A DNA stretch of 64,000 nt from the IMG/VR virus record IMGVR_UViG_3300031787_000001, positions 222,786-286,785 of that record; one strand, written 5' to 3'. Numbering within the stretch: position 1 is the first letter of the stretch; every line of letters starts with the position of its first letter. The translations under genes were made by a program, and so were the position numbers. Of the stretch, positions 18,828 through 27,979 are shown one piece after another. Under the pieces are notes generated by a model. That model saw only the letters and a list, made by a program, of their open reading frames with translations. It was not told the origin of the DNA and searched no databases.

Positions 18828-21167
18828 TTAAGAAATTTTTGTTGTTATGTAATCTATGGAAGAAATGTTTTCATCTTTTTTAATCATAATGATGTTATCG
18901 GACCAATTTCTAATCAATGGGTTATGTGAGATAACAAATATGTGTTCAAAATAATTTTTAATCTTCTTAAAAAATTCACCAACCATTTCTAAATTATCGT
19001 CAGCAATTTTACCAAATACTTCATCCATCACAACAATATTTGGTTTAGGTAAAGACGATACCTTTGTAAGAACACTCCTAATTGCAAGTGATGATATTGT
19101 TTTTTCGTAACCAGATCCACTTGATAGAGGTTTAACGACTCTTGTTTCATTATCGATCATTAGGAATTCTAACTCGTTTTTATCGTTAATATTCAACTCC
19201 AAAGTAAAGTAACAACTATCTGACAATAACCTATGTAATTCCTGATTCAATAATGGTATCATATTTTTTATGATAACTTTTGATATACCGTTTTTACCAT
19301 ATATTGTTAAGTAAGTTTTAAAGACAGATATCAATTCTTCTTCTGATTTAATTTTTTTAATTAAATCATCATTAATTGTTATCTTCTCTTCTAAATTCTT
19401 AATGTTGTTTCCATGTCTTTCAATACTTGTGGTGATTTGTCTTATTTCACCATTAGTACTTTCGATCTGAGTTCTCAAATTAATAATTTCAGAATCTATT
19501 TTTTTATTTTCCTCAAGTTTACTTTTATTGCTTTCGTATACTTCTAATTTTTTTTCTTTTGAATCTATTTCTAATTGTTTCTGTTCACACTCTAATTCGT
19601 ATTTGGCCCTACGAAGTTTATTTTTCTCATATTCATCATACTCCGTTTTTAAATTATTAAAAACAGATTCAGATTCCTTCAACCCATTTAACTTTTCTTC
19701 TGATTTTTTAAGTTCATCTTTTAACTCATTAATCTTTTTCCTTAAATTTTCAATTTCCTCGGTATGGTCAACATCTTCAAGGGGTCTACTACATGTTGGA
19801 CATATAGTTCCTTCTTCAAATTGTTTAATTAATTTTTCATCTTTATCAATTGTACCACCATCTAATTTAATCTTAACGATTAAATCATTTATTTCTCTTT
19901 TTAATGTTTCATGTTCATCTTCAAGGTAATATTCTGATGGTTCTTTAACATTGACTTCGTCAGCAAGTTTCTGTGTGTTTTGTTTTTTTAATTTTAATTC
20001 TGAAATTTCTTTAACTAAAGTATCGGGATTTATTTTAATTAATTCTTGATCAACATCATTGTTTCTTCTTTTAAGAACCTCTTCTTTTTGATCGTCTAAT
20101 TTTTTTAATTTCTTATTAGTATTTTTAAGATCCTTTTCCAGTTTATCGATTTCGGAATTTGAAGAGTCAATTTCCTCACGATTTTTTTTATTCTTATCTT
20201 CTAAATCAACGATATTGTTTGTATTTGATATTAATTTTTTAGACCAATCATTATAAATGTTTTTACATATTTCTTCTTTATGTTTTAAACTTTCAAGACC
20301 TAAAAATTTTGTAAGTATTTGTCCTCTTGCAGTTGGTTTGGATTCAATCAACTCTTCTAAGTTGTTGCCGGTTGTTAATATTGTAGAAAGGAAGTCCTCT
20401 TCAGTACCGATTGCCGAAGTTATAATAATTTCAGTTTCTCTTCTTTGTTCACCAGATAAATTGATAATACTGCCATCCTTTTCTATTTTAGAAAATTCCA
20501 AATCATTTTTTACTGTATATTCACCTGATTTACTTTTCTTTCTTGAAACAATTCTAGAAATTATATAATCTTCTCCGTCAATAGATACGTAACCTTTAAC
20601 ATTAACTTCATCAACATCAGTGAATTTATTAAAAATTTCTATATTTGTTTTTGTTTTCGTTGTTGAATTAAAAAATAAGAACATCAATAAGTCAACTGTT
20701 GATGTGGTTTTACCACCAAAGTTTCTCGGTGTAGATTCAATAACAGTAATACCATCAAGATTGTCGAAATCAATAACATTGTCTTGTCCAAAAGATAGAA
20801 AATTTGAAAATTCCAATTTCTTTATATGCCATTTATTATACCTAACTCTGTTTTGATTTAATTTATCAATTTCACCATTAACGCGATCATCTAATCTATT
20901 TATCATCTCCCACTTAATATCTATTTTATTATCTTGAATAAAATCTTTAATTAAGTTTTTTTGATTTTGATAATCCAAAATACTGTCACTAACATCTAGT
21001 GATTTCAATTTTGTTTTTGAATTATTAGACAGTATCTTAGTTACGATCTTTACGTTTGTTGAGTTGTATTTTTTTTCAAAATACGACTTGACTCTCTTTA
21101 TTCTTTCTTGTGTTAAGTTTTCGGGTGTATCCTCCCATTCAACCTTTATAAAAGGGTTATTCATCAA
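18828..21167 (-). CDS. sbcC: SbcC/Rad50 (T4 gp46-like) ATPase with extra N-terminal domain
   Basis: NFLSFG, NFGGKTT, coiled coil with CPTC zinc hook, SGYE signature, VMDEVFG Walker B, ISHN H-loop. Confidence 0.9.
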   Translation of the reverse strand: MMNNPFIKVEWEDTPENLTQERIKRVKSYFEKKYNSTNVKIVTKILSNNSKTKLKSLDVSDSILDYQNQKNLIKDFIQDNKIDIKWEMINRLDDRVNGEIDKLNQNRVRYNKWHIKKLEFSNFLSFGQDNVIDFDNLDGITVIESTPRNFGGKTTSTVDLLMFLFFNSTTKTKTNIEIFNKFTDVDEVNVKGYVSIDGEDYIISRIVSRKKSKSGEYTVKNDLEFSKIEKDGSIINLSGEQRRETEIIITSAIGTEEDFLSTILTTGNNLEELIESKPTARGQILTKFLGLESLKHKEEICKNIYNDWSKKLISNTNNIVDLEDKNKKNREEIDSSNSEIDKLEKDLKNTNKKLKKLDDQKEEVLKRRNNDVDQELIKINPDTLVKEISELKLKKQNTQKLADEVNVKEPSEYYLEDEHETLKREINDLIVKIKLDGGTIDKDEKLIKQFEEGTICPTCSRPLEDVDHTEEIENLRKKINELKDELKKSEEKLNGLKESESVFNNLKTEYDEYEKNKLRRAKYELECEQKQLEIDSKEKKLEVYESNKSKLEENKKIDSEIINLRTQIESTNGEIRQITTSIERHGNNIKNLEEKITINDDLIKKIKSEEELISVFKTYLTIYGKNGISKVIIKNMIPLLNQELHRLLSDSCYFTLELNINDKNELEFLMIDNETRVVKPLSSGSGYEKTISSLAIRSVLTKVSSLPKPNIVVMDEVFGKIADDNLEMVGEFFKKIKNYFEHIFVISHNPLIRNWSDNIIMIKKDENISSIDYITTKIS

Positions 21168-21216
21168 TAAATTGTTATTAATTCAAAAATAGTAATATTA
21201 TAAGTCTTTCTAAAAA

Positions 21217-21729
21217 CTAGTTTTCAACAATATTTAAAACAAACTTACCATCAATCAAATCATATGTTTCCACGTCTTCCCTTCTAAAACTCATCCAATC
21301 TTCCAATAAATTAGTGTTACTTGGGACAAAACTAGTTATTAACAATTTTTTATTATCTCTTACGGTTTCGGGTCTAATTAATATAAATTGTGTAAAATCC
21401 TTATTTGTTCTGATAAATATGTTTTTTTCTGCTCTCGGATTTAGTTTACCTTTATGTTCATCCAACCAGTATTTGTGTTTTCTTATTGGTATGTTTATTG
21501 TTCTAAATCCTTGACCACTTATTAACGAATAGGAATCGTTATTCCAAAAATTATTTTCCCACTTACCATGTTCTACCTCAATCCCAAAATTAGGATCGTC
21601 GTCACATATTAAATCAATTTTATTATGTTCAGGATTTATGTGTACATTTATGTTAAATGTATCCTTCATCATTTTGATGACAAAATTTTTAACTAAACTG
21701 TCATCCAAACTTTTTTTAGTGAATCCCAT
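21217..21729 (-). CDS. Hypothetical protein, possible PD-(D/E)XK nuclease
   Basis: KIDL...FGIEVEH pattern. Confidence 0.5.
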   Translation of the reverse strand: MGFTKKSLDDSLVKNFVIKMMKDTFNINVHINPEHNKIDLICDDDPNFGIEVEHGKWENNFWNNDSYSLISGQGFRTINIPIRKHKYWLDEHKGKLNPRAEKNIFIRTNKDFTQFILIRPETVRDNKKLLITSFVPSNTNLLEDWMSFRREDVETYDLIDGKFVLNIVEN

Positions 21730-21733
21730 CTTA

Positions 21734-22045
21734 TCATTTTGGTCTATTCTCTTCGTAGTATTCTACGATTGAGTTTATAGCCCAAACGGCTCCTGCGGTA
21801 AACATACCGTCAAAAAATATTGATGGTATCCAATGAATTTCAAATAATCTGGTTGTTAGTCCACCTAAACAAAATGACAAGAAAAACCCGACCCATGTTG
21901 ATGTACATAGAGTACAACTAATTAAGTCACCAAAAAAAACAGAATTTCTTTTAATAAATTCTCTTGTAGATTCAAAAATGGATCCCCATACCAATATTGA
22001 TGTCATTCCATATGCCATAAAAATCCAAAAAATTAAATACATCAT
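21734..22045 (-). CDS. DUF1360-like membrane protein
   Basis: TM helices with LISCTLCTSTWVG (CxxC...W). Confidence 0.65.
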   Translation of the reverse strand: MMYLIFWIFMAYGMTSILVWGSIFESTREFIKRNSVFFGDLISCTLCTSTWVGFFLSFCLGGLTTRLFEIHWIPSIFFDGMFTAGAVWAINSIVEYYEENRPK

Positions 22046-22112
22046 AAATTATAATTTTTTTAATCAATAAATTATACACAAAAAAAACGATAAAAAAAAG
22101 AATATTGCCGGA

Positions 22113-22388
22113 TTATTCGTCATATAAATCTTTAACTTCTTTTTTTATTATTATTGGTTCCACACTTTTTGGTTCGGATGTTAATACTGGTTCGGATGTT
22201 AATACTGGTTTAGTAGTCAATTCTTTATTTAGATGAATTGATTTAGGTAACTCACCGTATTTAACAATTGTAAAACCTTTTTCGAAAACTTGTTTCGCGA
22301 ATTTCACCACATCATTAATATTATTCAATTTACAATATTGAATGAATTCATCATCCAATATTAACGTGTTCTTCGGTTTCATTTTCAA
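22113..22388 (-). CDS. Hypothetical protein
   Basis: 91-aa ORF containing an 18-bp tandem duplication (PVLTSE x2) at about 22171-22210. Confidence 0.6.
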   Translation of the reverse strand: MKMKPKNTLILDDEFIQYCKLNNINDVVKFAKQVFEKGFTIVKYGELPKSIHLNKELTTKPVLTSEPVLTSEPKSVEPIIIKKEVKDLYDE

Positions 22389-23169
22389 TATCTTTAATGT
22401 CTTTTATTTTAAAGTGTAGAAATGGTTGTTCATTTGGTAGATCAAAAAATTCATAATTATCTTCTTCTACATCATATACACCATACCCATGATGTTTCAC
22501 TGTTTCACCAAAATTTTGTTGTATTAAACTACCAACCATTATTGCCTTACCACCATTAGGTAATTTGAATTGTTGTCTTTTATGTATATCTCCACATAGT
22601 AATAAATCAAGATCAACAAAATTTAATCTGTCATATGCATCTTCAAATTCAAACCCCAAATCTGTTGATAACCCCTGTATTGGTCCGTGAAATAAACCAA
22701 CATAAAAATGATCCTTTTCTTTTGTGAATACAGGTCTTTGATTATGTTGATACAAAGAATATACGATCCAACTAACATTATCATCAACGTATTCACCACT
22801 ATCTTTATAATATGTAATCCATTCATTTTTTAATAATTCAACAACCGGTGATATACTATCTAATCGTTGAACGTTGTTTTCCAAGAAGTCGTGGTTGCCG
22901 GGTATAATAACAACTTTACCAAATTTAGTTAATTCATTTAAAAACCAACTCGTTAACATTAATTGTTCATTTGATATGTTAATCTTTTGATGTGCAATAT
23001 CTCCCGTGATAACTATTCTTATATCAGAAGGTCCAATATTATCATCATACCAATCAACAACTTTTTTAGCAAGTTCATCTATCAATATTTCAAATTGTCT
23101 TTTATATAGATCATGTAATTGAAATGTTCTGATATGTAAATCAGAAATATGTATAATCTTCTTTATCAT
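22351..23169 (-). CDS. sbcD: SbcD/Mre11 (T4 gp47-like) metallophosphoesterase nuclease
   Basis: DLH, GDIAH, GNHD, FHG and GDIH motifs; GSLIQQNFGE. Confidence 0.9.
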   Translation of the reverse strand: MIKKIIHISDLHIRTFQLHDLYKRQFEILIDELAKKVVDWYDDNIGPSDIRIVITGDIAHQKINISNEQLMLTSWFLNELTKFGKVVIIPGNHDFLENNVQRLDSISPVVELLKNEWITYYKDSGEYVDDNVSWIVYSLYQHNQRPVFTKEKDHFYVGLFHGPIQGLSTDLGFEFEDAYDRLNFVDLDLLLCGDIHKRQQFKLPNGGKAIMVGSLIQQNFGETVKHHGYGVYDVEEDNYEFFDLPNEQPFLHFKIKDIKDIENETEEHVNIG

Positions 23170-24023
23170 CTTTTAATATATTTTGTTAAATCCAAATCAA
23201 ATACTTTTTTATTTACATCTTGTGGTACTTTATATTCAACAAACGTACCATCATCTTTTAATAAAACAACAACACAACCAAGTAATCTTAAATTTTCATA
23301 CTTAGTTCCTTTTAACATTTTAAGGAAAAGTCTGGCATATAATGGTAATTGTAAATAATAATGACCTAACGCCGTATCGTGATAGTCTTGAAACGGTGAA
23401 TATAATTTACCCGTATAATGTTGTACTTCAAAATTTTTAGGTTGATTTGTTTTCCAATCGGTAACTACCAACCCATAATCTGTTTTATCTTTATTTAACA
23501 TTAACCAAAATTTATCTGGTTGTCCTGTGTAACCTAATTCATTGTCACCTAAAACCATTTCAGTATCTAATAGTATCGCACCTCTTTCGTTCATTAAATC
23601 TAAAAAATTCTTACCTGCCGAAATCATACTATCCCCTTTTTGAATTTGGTTTTCATCACATTCAAATATTGGTTGTCTAACTTCTTTATAGTTACCGTAT
23701 CTTTCAACAAGTTCACTTTCTAAAATATAATGAACTCTACTACCCATATTAGTGGAAGTATTACCCGCCTCTCTCCATTGTTCCTGTAATTTTTTCGCTT
23801 CAATCGGATCACCATTACACATTCTTAAAGCGGTTCCTTCGGCATCAAATGGTTTGTAGAATTTTTTAATTAATTTAGATACAGATGGAAAATTACTTTT
23901 TATTTTACCGTCAGTATCCACCATATAATAAATGTGTTTATCCTCCACAAATGTTAATTGTAGTTCTTTTTGTCTTTTTGAAATAACTTCTTTTATTTCG
24001 TCAGAAATTTGTTTTAAATCCAT
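23166..24023 (-). CDS. PD-(D/E)XK exonuclease (Cas4/RecB-like)
   Basis: PSVS, GSRVH..LE, GQPD, DWKT, YYLQL.LY. Confidence 0.8.
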   Translation of the reverse strand: MDLKQISDEIKEVISKRQKELQLTFVEDKHIYYMVDTDGKIKSNFPSVSKLIKKFYKPFDAEGTALRMCNGDPIEAKKLQEQWREAGNTSTNMGSRVHYILESELVERYGNYKEVRQPIFECDENQIQKGDSMISAGKNFLDLMNERGAILLDTEMVLGDNELGYTGQPDKFWLMLNKDKTDYGLVVTDWKTNQPKNFEVQHYTGKLYSPFQDYHDTALGHYYLQLPLYARLFLKMLKGTKYENLRLLGCVVVLLKDDGTFVEYKVPQDVNKKVFDLDLTKYIKR

Positions 24024-24024
24024 T

Positions 24025-24966
24025 TTAATCTAATTGATGTATTTTATAATCGTCTAATTTTCCTTGTAAGTCGGCAATGTCTTTGTCGCCTTCTAATTTT
24101 ATAACAAATACTTTACTAAATAATTTACCACAATTTATTCTGTGATAAAGTTTTTCTGTATCTAACCAAGCATCGGGGTCAAGTACTAAAATTATTTTTT
24201 TTGCCTTTTCATATAATAAATTAAATATTTTTTCACTCATAAATTTACCCAATAACGGAATTGAATTTGGGATAAATATACTATCAAAAACTCCTTCAAC
24301 AATATAAATCGGTTCATCCCATTTTATTAAATGTTCATTCCAAACTATCGTTTCTTTTGGAACATCGGGATTTTTATATTTCAATTTTGTTTTTGACAAA
24401 TACGAACGAGCAATAAAATAATTTAGATTTTGTTCCTCATCATATGATGGTATCAATATTCTGTTTTCATAATGACCAGTATAACAAAATCCAATGTTAT
24501 ACTTTTCAATCATTTCATCTGTTATGTTTCTTTTTTTAAGATAACCCATTGCTTGTTTATAGTGATGAGTTAATTTTAAACCAGATGAAATATTTTTAAA
24601 TGGTACGAATTCTTTTGGTAATCTTACTTTTTTATATGTTCTATTTTTAAAATCCTCAACTTCTTCTGGTTTTAACAATTGATATTTTTTCAATTGTTTT
24701 GGTGTTCCGAATTTTTTAATAAGTTTATATATTGATCCGTGTGTTTCATGGGTTTCACAACAAACCCAACATTTATAAACTGAATATTTGTAATTAACCT
24801 CTAAGTTACCTTTACCGTCACCAGAATCCAAACCTTTAACATCGTATGAACAAACAGGACAGTCAAAGGACATTTGGTATCTGTAATCATTGTGTGATCT
24901 ACATTCACCAAGAATATCTTCTAATATCTCTATTATCGGTTCGTATTGTACTTCTTGTTCGGTCAT
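24025..24966 (-). CDS. DNA primase (zinc-binding plus TOPRIM domain)
   Basis: CPVC...CWVC zinc motif, RILIP, IVEGVFD, LDPDA, KDIAD; likely start MTEQE at 24966. Confidence 0.88.
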   Translation of the reverse strand: MTEQEVQYEPIIEILEDILGECRSHNDYRYQMSFDCPVCSYDVKGLDSGDGKGNLEVNYKYSVYKCWVCCETHETHGSIYKLIKKFGTPKQLKKYQLLKPEEVEDFKNRTYKKVRLPKEFVPFKNISSGLKLTHHYKQAMGYLKKRNITDEMIEKYNIGFCYTGHYENRILIPSYDEEQNLNYFIARSYLSKTKLKYKNPDVPKETIVWNEHLIKWDEPIYIVEGVFDSIFIPNSIPLLGKFMSEKIFNLLYEKAKKIILVLDPDAWLDTEKLYHRINCGKLFSKVFVIKLEGDKDIADLQGKLDDYKIHQLD

Positions 24967-24993
24967 TGTCAAATGATAAGAAAAAAAAGTGAT

Positions 24994-25030
24994 AAAAAAA
25001 AATCCCCCGGAGACACCAACTCCGAGGGAT
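24994..25030 (-). terminator. Intrinsic terminator
   Basis: Minus strand AUCCCUCGGAG-UUGGUGU-CUCCGGGGGAU followed by a U tract. Confidence 0.75.
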
Positions 25031-25062
25031 ACCAACCAACATGTATTTCTACATGCCCCGTC
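24994..25062 (-). ncRNA. Candidate ~65-nt small RNA
   Basis: TATTTATA motif at 25065-25072, then a GC-rich stretch with a CAUGUA-GAAA-UACAUG hairpin, UUGGUUGGU linker and terminator. Confidence 0.45.
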
Positions 25063-25117
25063 TATATAAATATAGTTGAATAATTATAAAATGTAAAATT
25101 TAAGTTGCCGGATTTTT

Positions 25118-25201
25118 TTAAAAATTTAATATTGCTCTATTAACACCTATTTTCATTGTTAATTCAGTTGGATTATCTGAACTATAATCTAATTCACCCA
25201 T
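25118..25201 (-). CDS. 27-aa mini-ORF resembling a tail-tube (gp19-like) C-terminus
   Basis: MGELDYSSDNPTELTMKIGVNRAILNF*, starting 1 nt after the ruvC stop; below the ORF-track size cut-off. Confidence 0.5.
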   Translation of the reverse strand: MGELDYSSDNPTELTMKIGVNRAILNF

Positions 25202-25202
25202 A

Positions 25203-25808
25203 CTAATTTTTTTCTAATTTAATCATGTTAACATAACCAATAACAGCAGTTGCGGCATCACTCATATCAAAGTTTTCTTTCTTTAATTTGTTATTTTTAT
25301 CATATAACCACTTAACATCTGCACAAACCGCATTTACATGTTCCCAAATTACTTGTTTTTTATCAATGTCTTTTGGATAACCACCAAACAAAACATTTTT
25401 ACCTTTGTCATTTTTATTAACTAAATCAGGAAATGCAAATTTTCTTGCATTATATGTTGATATAAAGGTGGGCACAATTCCCAAAGTATCATAAACTATT
25501 TTACAAATCATTGTATTATACCTCAATAAAGTCTGAACGGTATAAATGTTATTTGAATTTAACAATGGTTCTTCGATGATTACACGAAGGATACCCATAT
25601 CTTTATAATTCTCGATATGTTTTTTGAAGGCATCCGCCTTCTTCAATAATTCCTCAAGTTTGTCTTCAGGTTGAGGTTTTATTTTTGGAGAAAAGTGTGT
25701 TAATTCCAATAATTTAGAACCAGTTAAATCAAATAACGCAAATCCAATTGTCTTTGTTGATATATCCAAACCTAATATCTTTGGACTATTCTTTAATTTT
25801 ATACTCAT
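25203..25808 (-). CDS. ruvC: RuvC-like Holliday junction resolvase
   Basis: ILGLDISTKTIG, VIIEEP and FDMSDA acidic catalytic motifs. Confidence 0.85.
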   Translation of the reverse strand: MSIKLKNSPKILGLDISTKTIGFALFDLTGSKLLELTHFSPKIKPQPEDKLEELLKKADAFKKHIENYKDMGILRVIIEEPLLNSNNIYTVQTLLRYNTMICKIVYDTLGIVPTFISTYNARKFAFPDLVNKNDKGKNVLFGGYPKDIDKKQVIWEHVNAVCADVKWLYDKNNKLKKENFDMSDAATAVIGYVNMIKLEKN

Positions 25809-25846
25809 AAAAGAATATATACGTGATATTTTTAAAAATGTAAAGT

Positions 25847-27952
25847 TTAGAAGTCTATTTTGATTGCAAAAACTTGTGTTCCTCTTCTAACAATTGGTTT
25901 CGCTGATTTAGCAACAACCAAGGCTTCTTTATTACTATCTAAAAGAGCAATCTCAGTTATCTTTTTATCTTCACCAGCAACATATGTTGGGTTCTGTGTT
26001 TCGGTAAATTGTGTACTTGGTAAGTTAACCAAAAAATTCATAACCTCAATGTCACTTGATCTAACAACTTTTATACTTCCAGGAAACGGTTGTTCATCAC
26101 CAAACTTTGGTTGCGTTGATGGTTCATGTACAATGTAACCATTACCAAAATAATTGTCTATCACATATTGTGTTCCGCTGTTATATTTTGAAAAATTAAC
26201 AATAAATGAAATGTCTCTTAAATTTACGGGGTCAAGAAAATTAACTCCGTTACCTCCCGCTTCTGTTGTAAAATCAATTTCAATCCAATCATCAGGTACG
26301 GGTCTTTGACCTGTTTTTGTTATTTGTACTAAAATTTTAAACTCAGTACCAACGAATCCATCAACAACATTTGGAAGAGTTGTTTTCATATAACTAAATG
26401 CGGTGGTATCGAATTTAACAACTAAACTTGTTGGTATTGTTGTGCCCTGTATTTTTGAATAATAATTACAAGGTAAACCATTTAAACCTTTATCTGAATT
26501 GGTAAAAGTATATGTCACCCATATTGTTTGATCTGTTGATCCTGTTAAAACTGAATTTGGTGCTGTGGTGTCACTTGGTACCAAATATAATTTTGGTGCA
26601 TCTAAAGTATATCTTCTATTGCTTCTGTAATCTAATAAAGCAACTAATTCTTGGTCATCAAAAATTATTGTTTTTTTAGTGTAAAAAACTTTACCAACTC
26701 TATTATTTTGTTCATCAAGTAAGTATCTATATGGTATATTTGAATTACCATTTAAGATTGGTGATGGTGTCGTGATTTCATAATCAACTGTATCCATATT
26801 AAATAACGCTCCAACAACATTACTTGTATTTCTATGGTAACAAATAAATGGTATAAATACTTGGAAGTATTCTAAATCAGTTAATGGTAAACCATTTTCA
26901 TCTTCTAATATTGAATCATTAACATTGTTATTGGTACTTAAATAATCATCATATTTAAAGAATCTTTCAGGATCAAATCTTATATCACCTAACTCTGAAT
27001 AATGTATAACCGCCAATACCCTTTGTTCTTCAGGTGTCACGGTTATTGATTCACCAAAAGAATTTTTGTACGATGTGGTATTATTAATGGTTTGTCCGGA
27101 TGATGTTGTGTATCCTAAAAATTGTTTTGTTGATATGTGTTGATTACTTGTGAAACCTGTTAAGTTTATGTTTGTTAAACCACTATAACCTATAGGATTC
27201 TCATTCCACACAACATTTAATGTCCACGGATCGTGTTGATCCATTGGATCAATTGGTTGTGGTAAACATATCGGTGCAACACTAGTTGATGGTGGAAATT
27301 CTATTTGACATTTATTACAAACAACTTGTGCAAAACCTGTTAAAGTTGATAAGTCTGGTGTGGGTCTATCAAGATATATTGTATTTCCACTAATACTTAA
27401 AACTTTATAAATTAAACTATTTGATTGTCCGGTTATTATTGGAACATTTGGATCGGTCCCACCAAACTGATCGAATACCAACGTAATATATTCACAAGTT
27501 TGAAATGTATCTCCAGATAAAACATCAATAGAAGAAGAACCATTAATTGTGGATATATCGATTCTATCCGTCACACACATTACCTTTGTTCCTATACAAT
27601 CAATATCATCATATTCAATATATTGTGAAACAAATCCCGCGGGACCCATCGGATTTCTTAAAATGTCAGTATATGAATTTTGAACAGGGACCCCATAGGT
27701 TGTTGTTGTTACTGTTGTGTCTATTTTGTATGGATATTTAACAACTGTTTCTTTATCGTGTGGGGCAAAAACTTTTTGAAATGGTTTTTTAAAAGTACCA
27801 TCTAAATTTGTAAATGGTGCACTATAATCATATTCGGAATCACCAATTTGGAAATATGAAATTACAAAATTTCCCTTAGCGATTGAATTTCTACCTTTTT
27901 TTGTTACTCTGGCCGATAAAAACTCAGAGTTATTTTCTGTTAAAAAGCTCAT
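25847..27952 (-). CDS. Baseplate/tail-fibre attachment structural protein
   Basis: N-terminal VTKKGR..IA......YFQIGD and C-terminal ITEIALLDSNKEALVVAK...P.....IKIDF resemble a split tail-collar/fibre-base domain. Confidence 0.65.
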   Translation of the reverse strand: MSFLTENNSEFLSARVTKKGRNSIAKGNFVISYFQIGDSEYDYSAPFTNLDGTFKKPFQKVFAPHDKETVVKYPYKIDTTVTTTTYGVPVQNSYTDILRNPMGPAGFVSQYIEYDDIDCIGTKVMCVTDRIDISTINGSSSIDVLSGDTFQTCEYITLVFDQFGGTDPNVPIITGQSNSLIYKVLSISGNTIYLDRPTPDLSTLTGFAQVVCNKCQIEFPPSTSVAPICLPQPIDPMDQHDPWTLNVVWNENPIGYSGLTNINLTGFTSNQHISTKQFLGYTTSSGQTINNTTSYKNSFGESITVTPEEQRVLAVIHYSELGDIRFDPERFFKYDDYLSTNNNVNDSILEDENGLPLTDLEYFQVFIPFICYHRNTSNVVGALFNMDTVDYEITTPSPILNGNSNIPYRYLLDEQNNRVGKVFYTKKTIIFDDQELVALLDYRSNRRYTLDAPKLYLVPSDTTAPNSVLTGSTDQTIWVTYTFTNSDKGLNGLPCNYYSKIQGTTIPTSLVVKFDTTAFSYMKTTLPNVVDGFVGTEFKILVQITKTGQRPVPDDWIEIDFTTEAGGNGVNFLDPVNLRDISFIVNFSKYNSGTQYVIDNYFGNGYIVHEPSTQPKFGDEQPFPGSIKVVRSSDIEVMNFLVNLPSTQFTETQNPTYVAGEDKKITEIALLDSNKEALVVAKSAKPIVRRGTQVFAIKIDF

Positions 27953-27979
27953 ACATTAATAAATACATTTATTTTTATT

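Noticed and set aside
22171-22210. 18-bp tandem duplication
   Set aside because: In-frame micro-duplication in a low-complexity tail; no evidence of function
23166-24023. Cas4-like nuclease as part of a CRISPR-Cas system
   Set aside because: No other cas genes or array; the context is a phage replication/recombination block
24967-25035. N-terminal extension of the primase in the ORF track
   Set aside because: It runs through a terminator hairpin and T tracts; ATG at 24966 is the more plausible start
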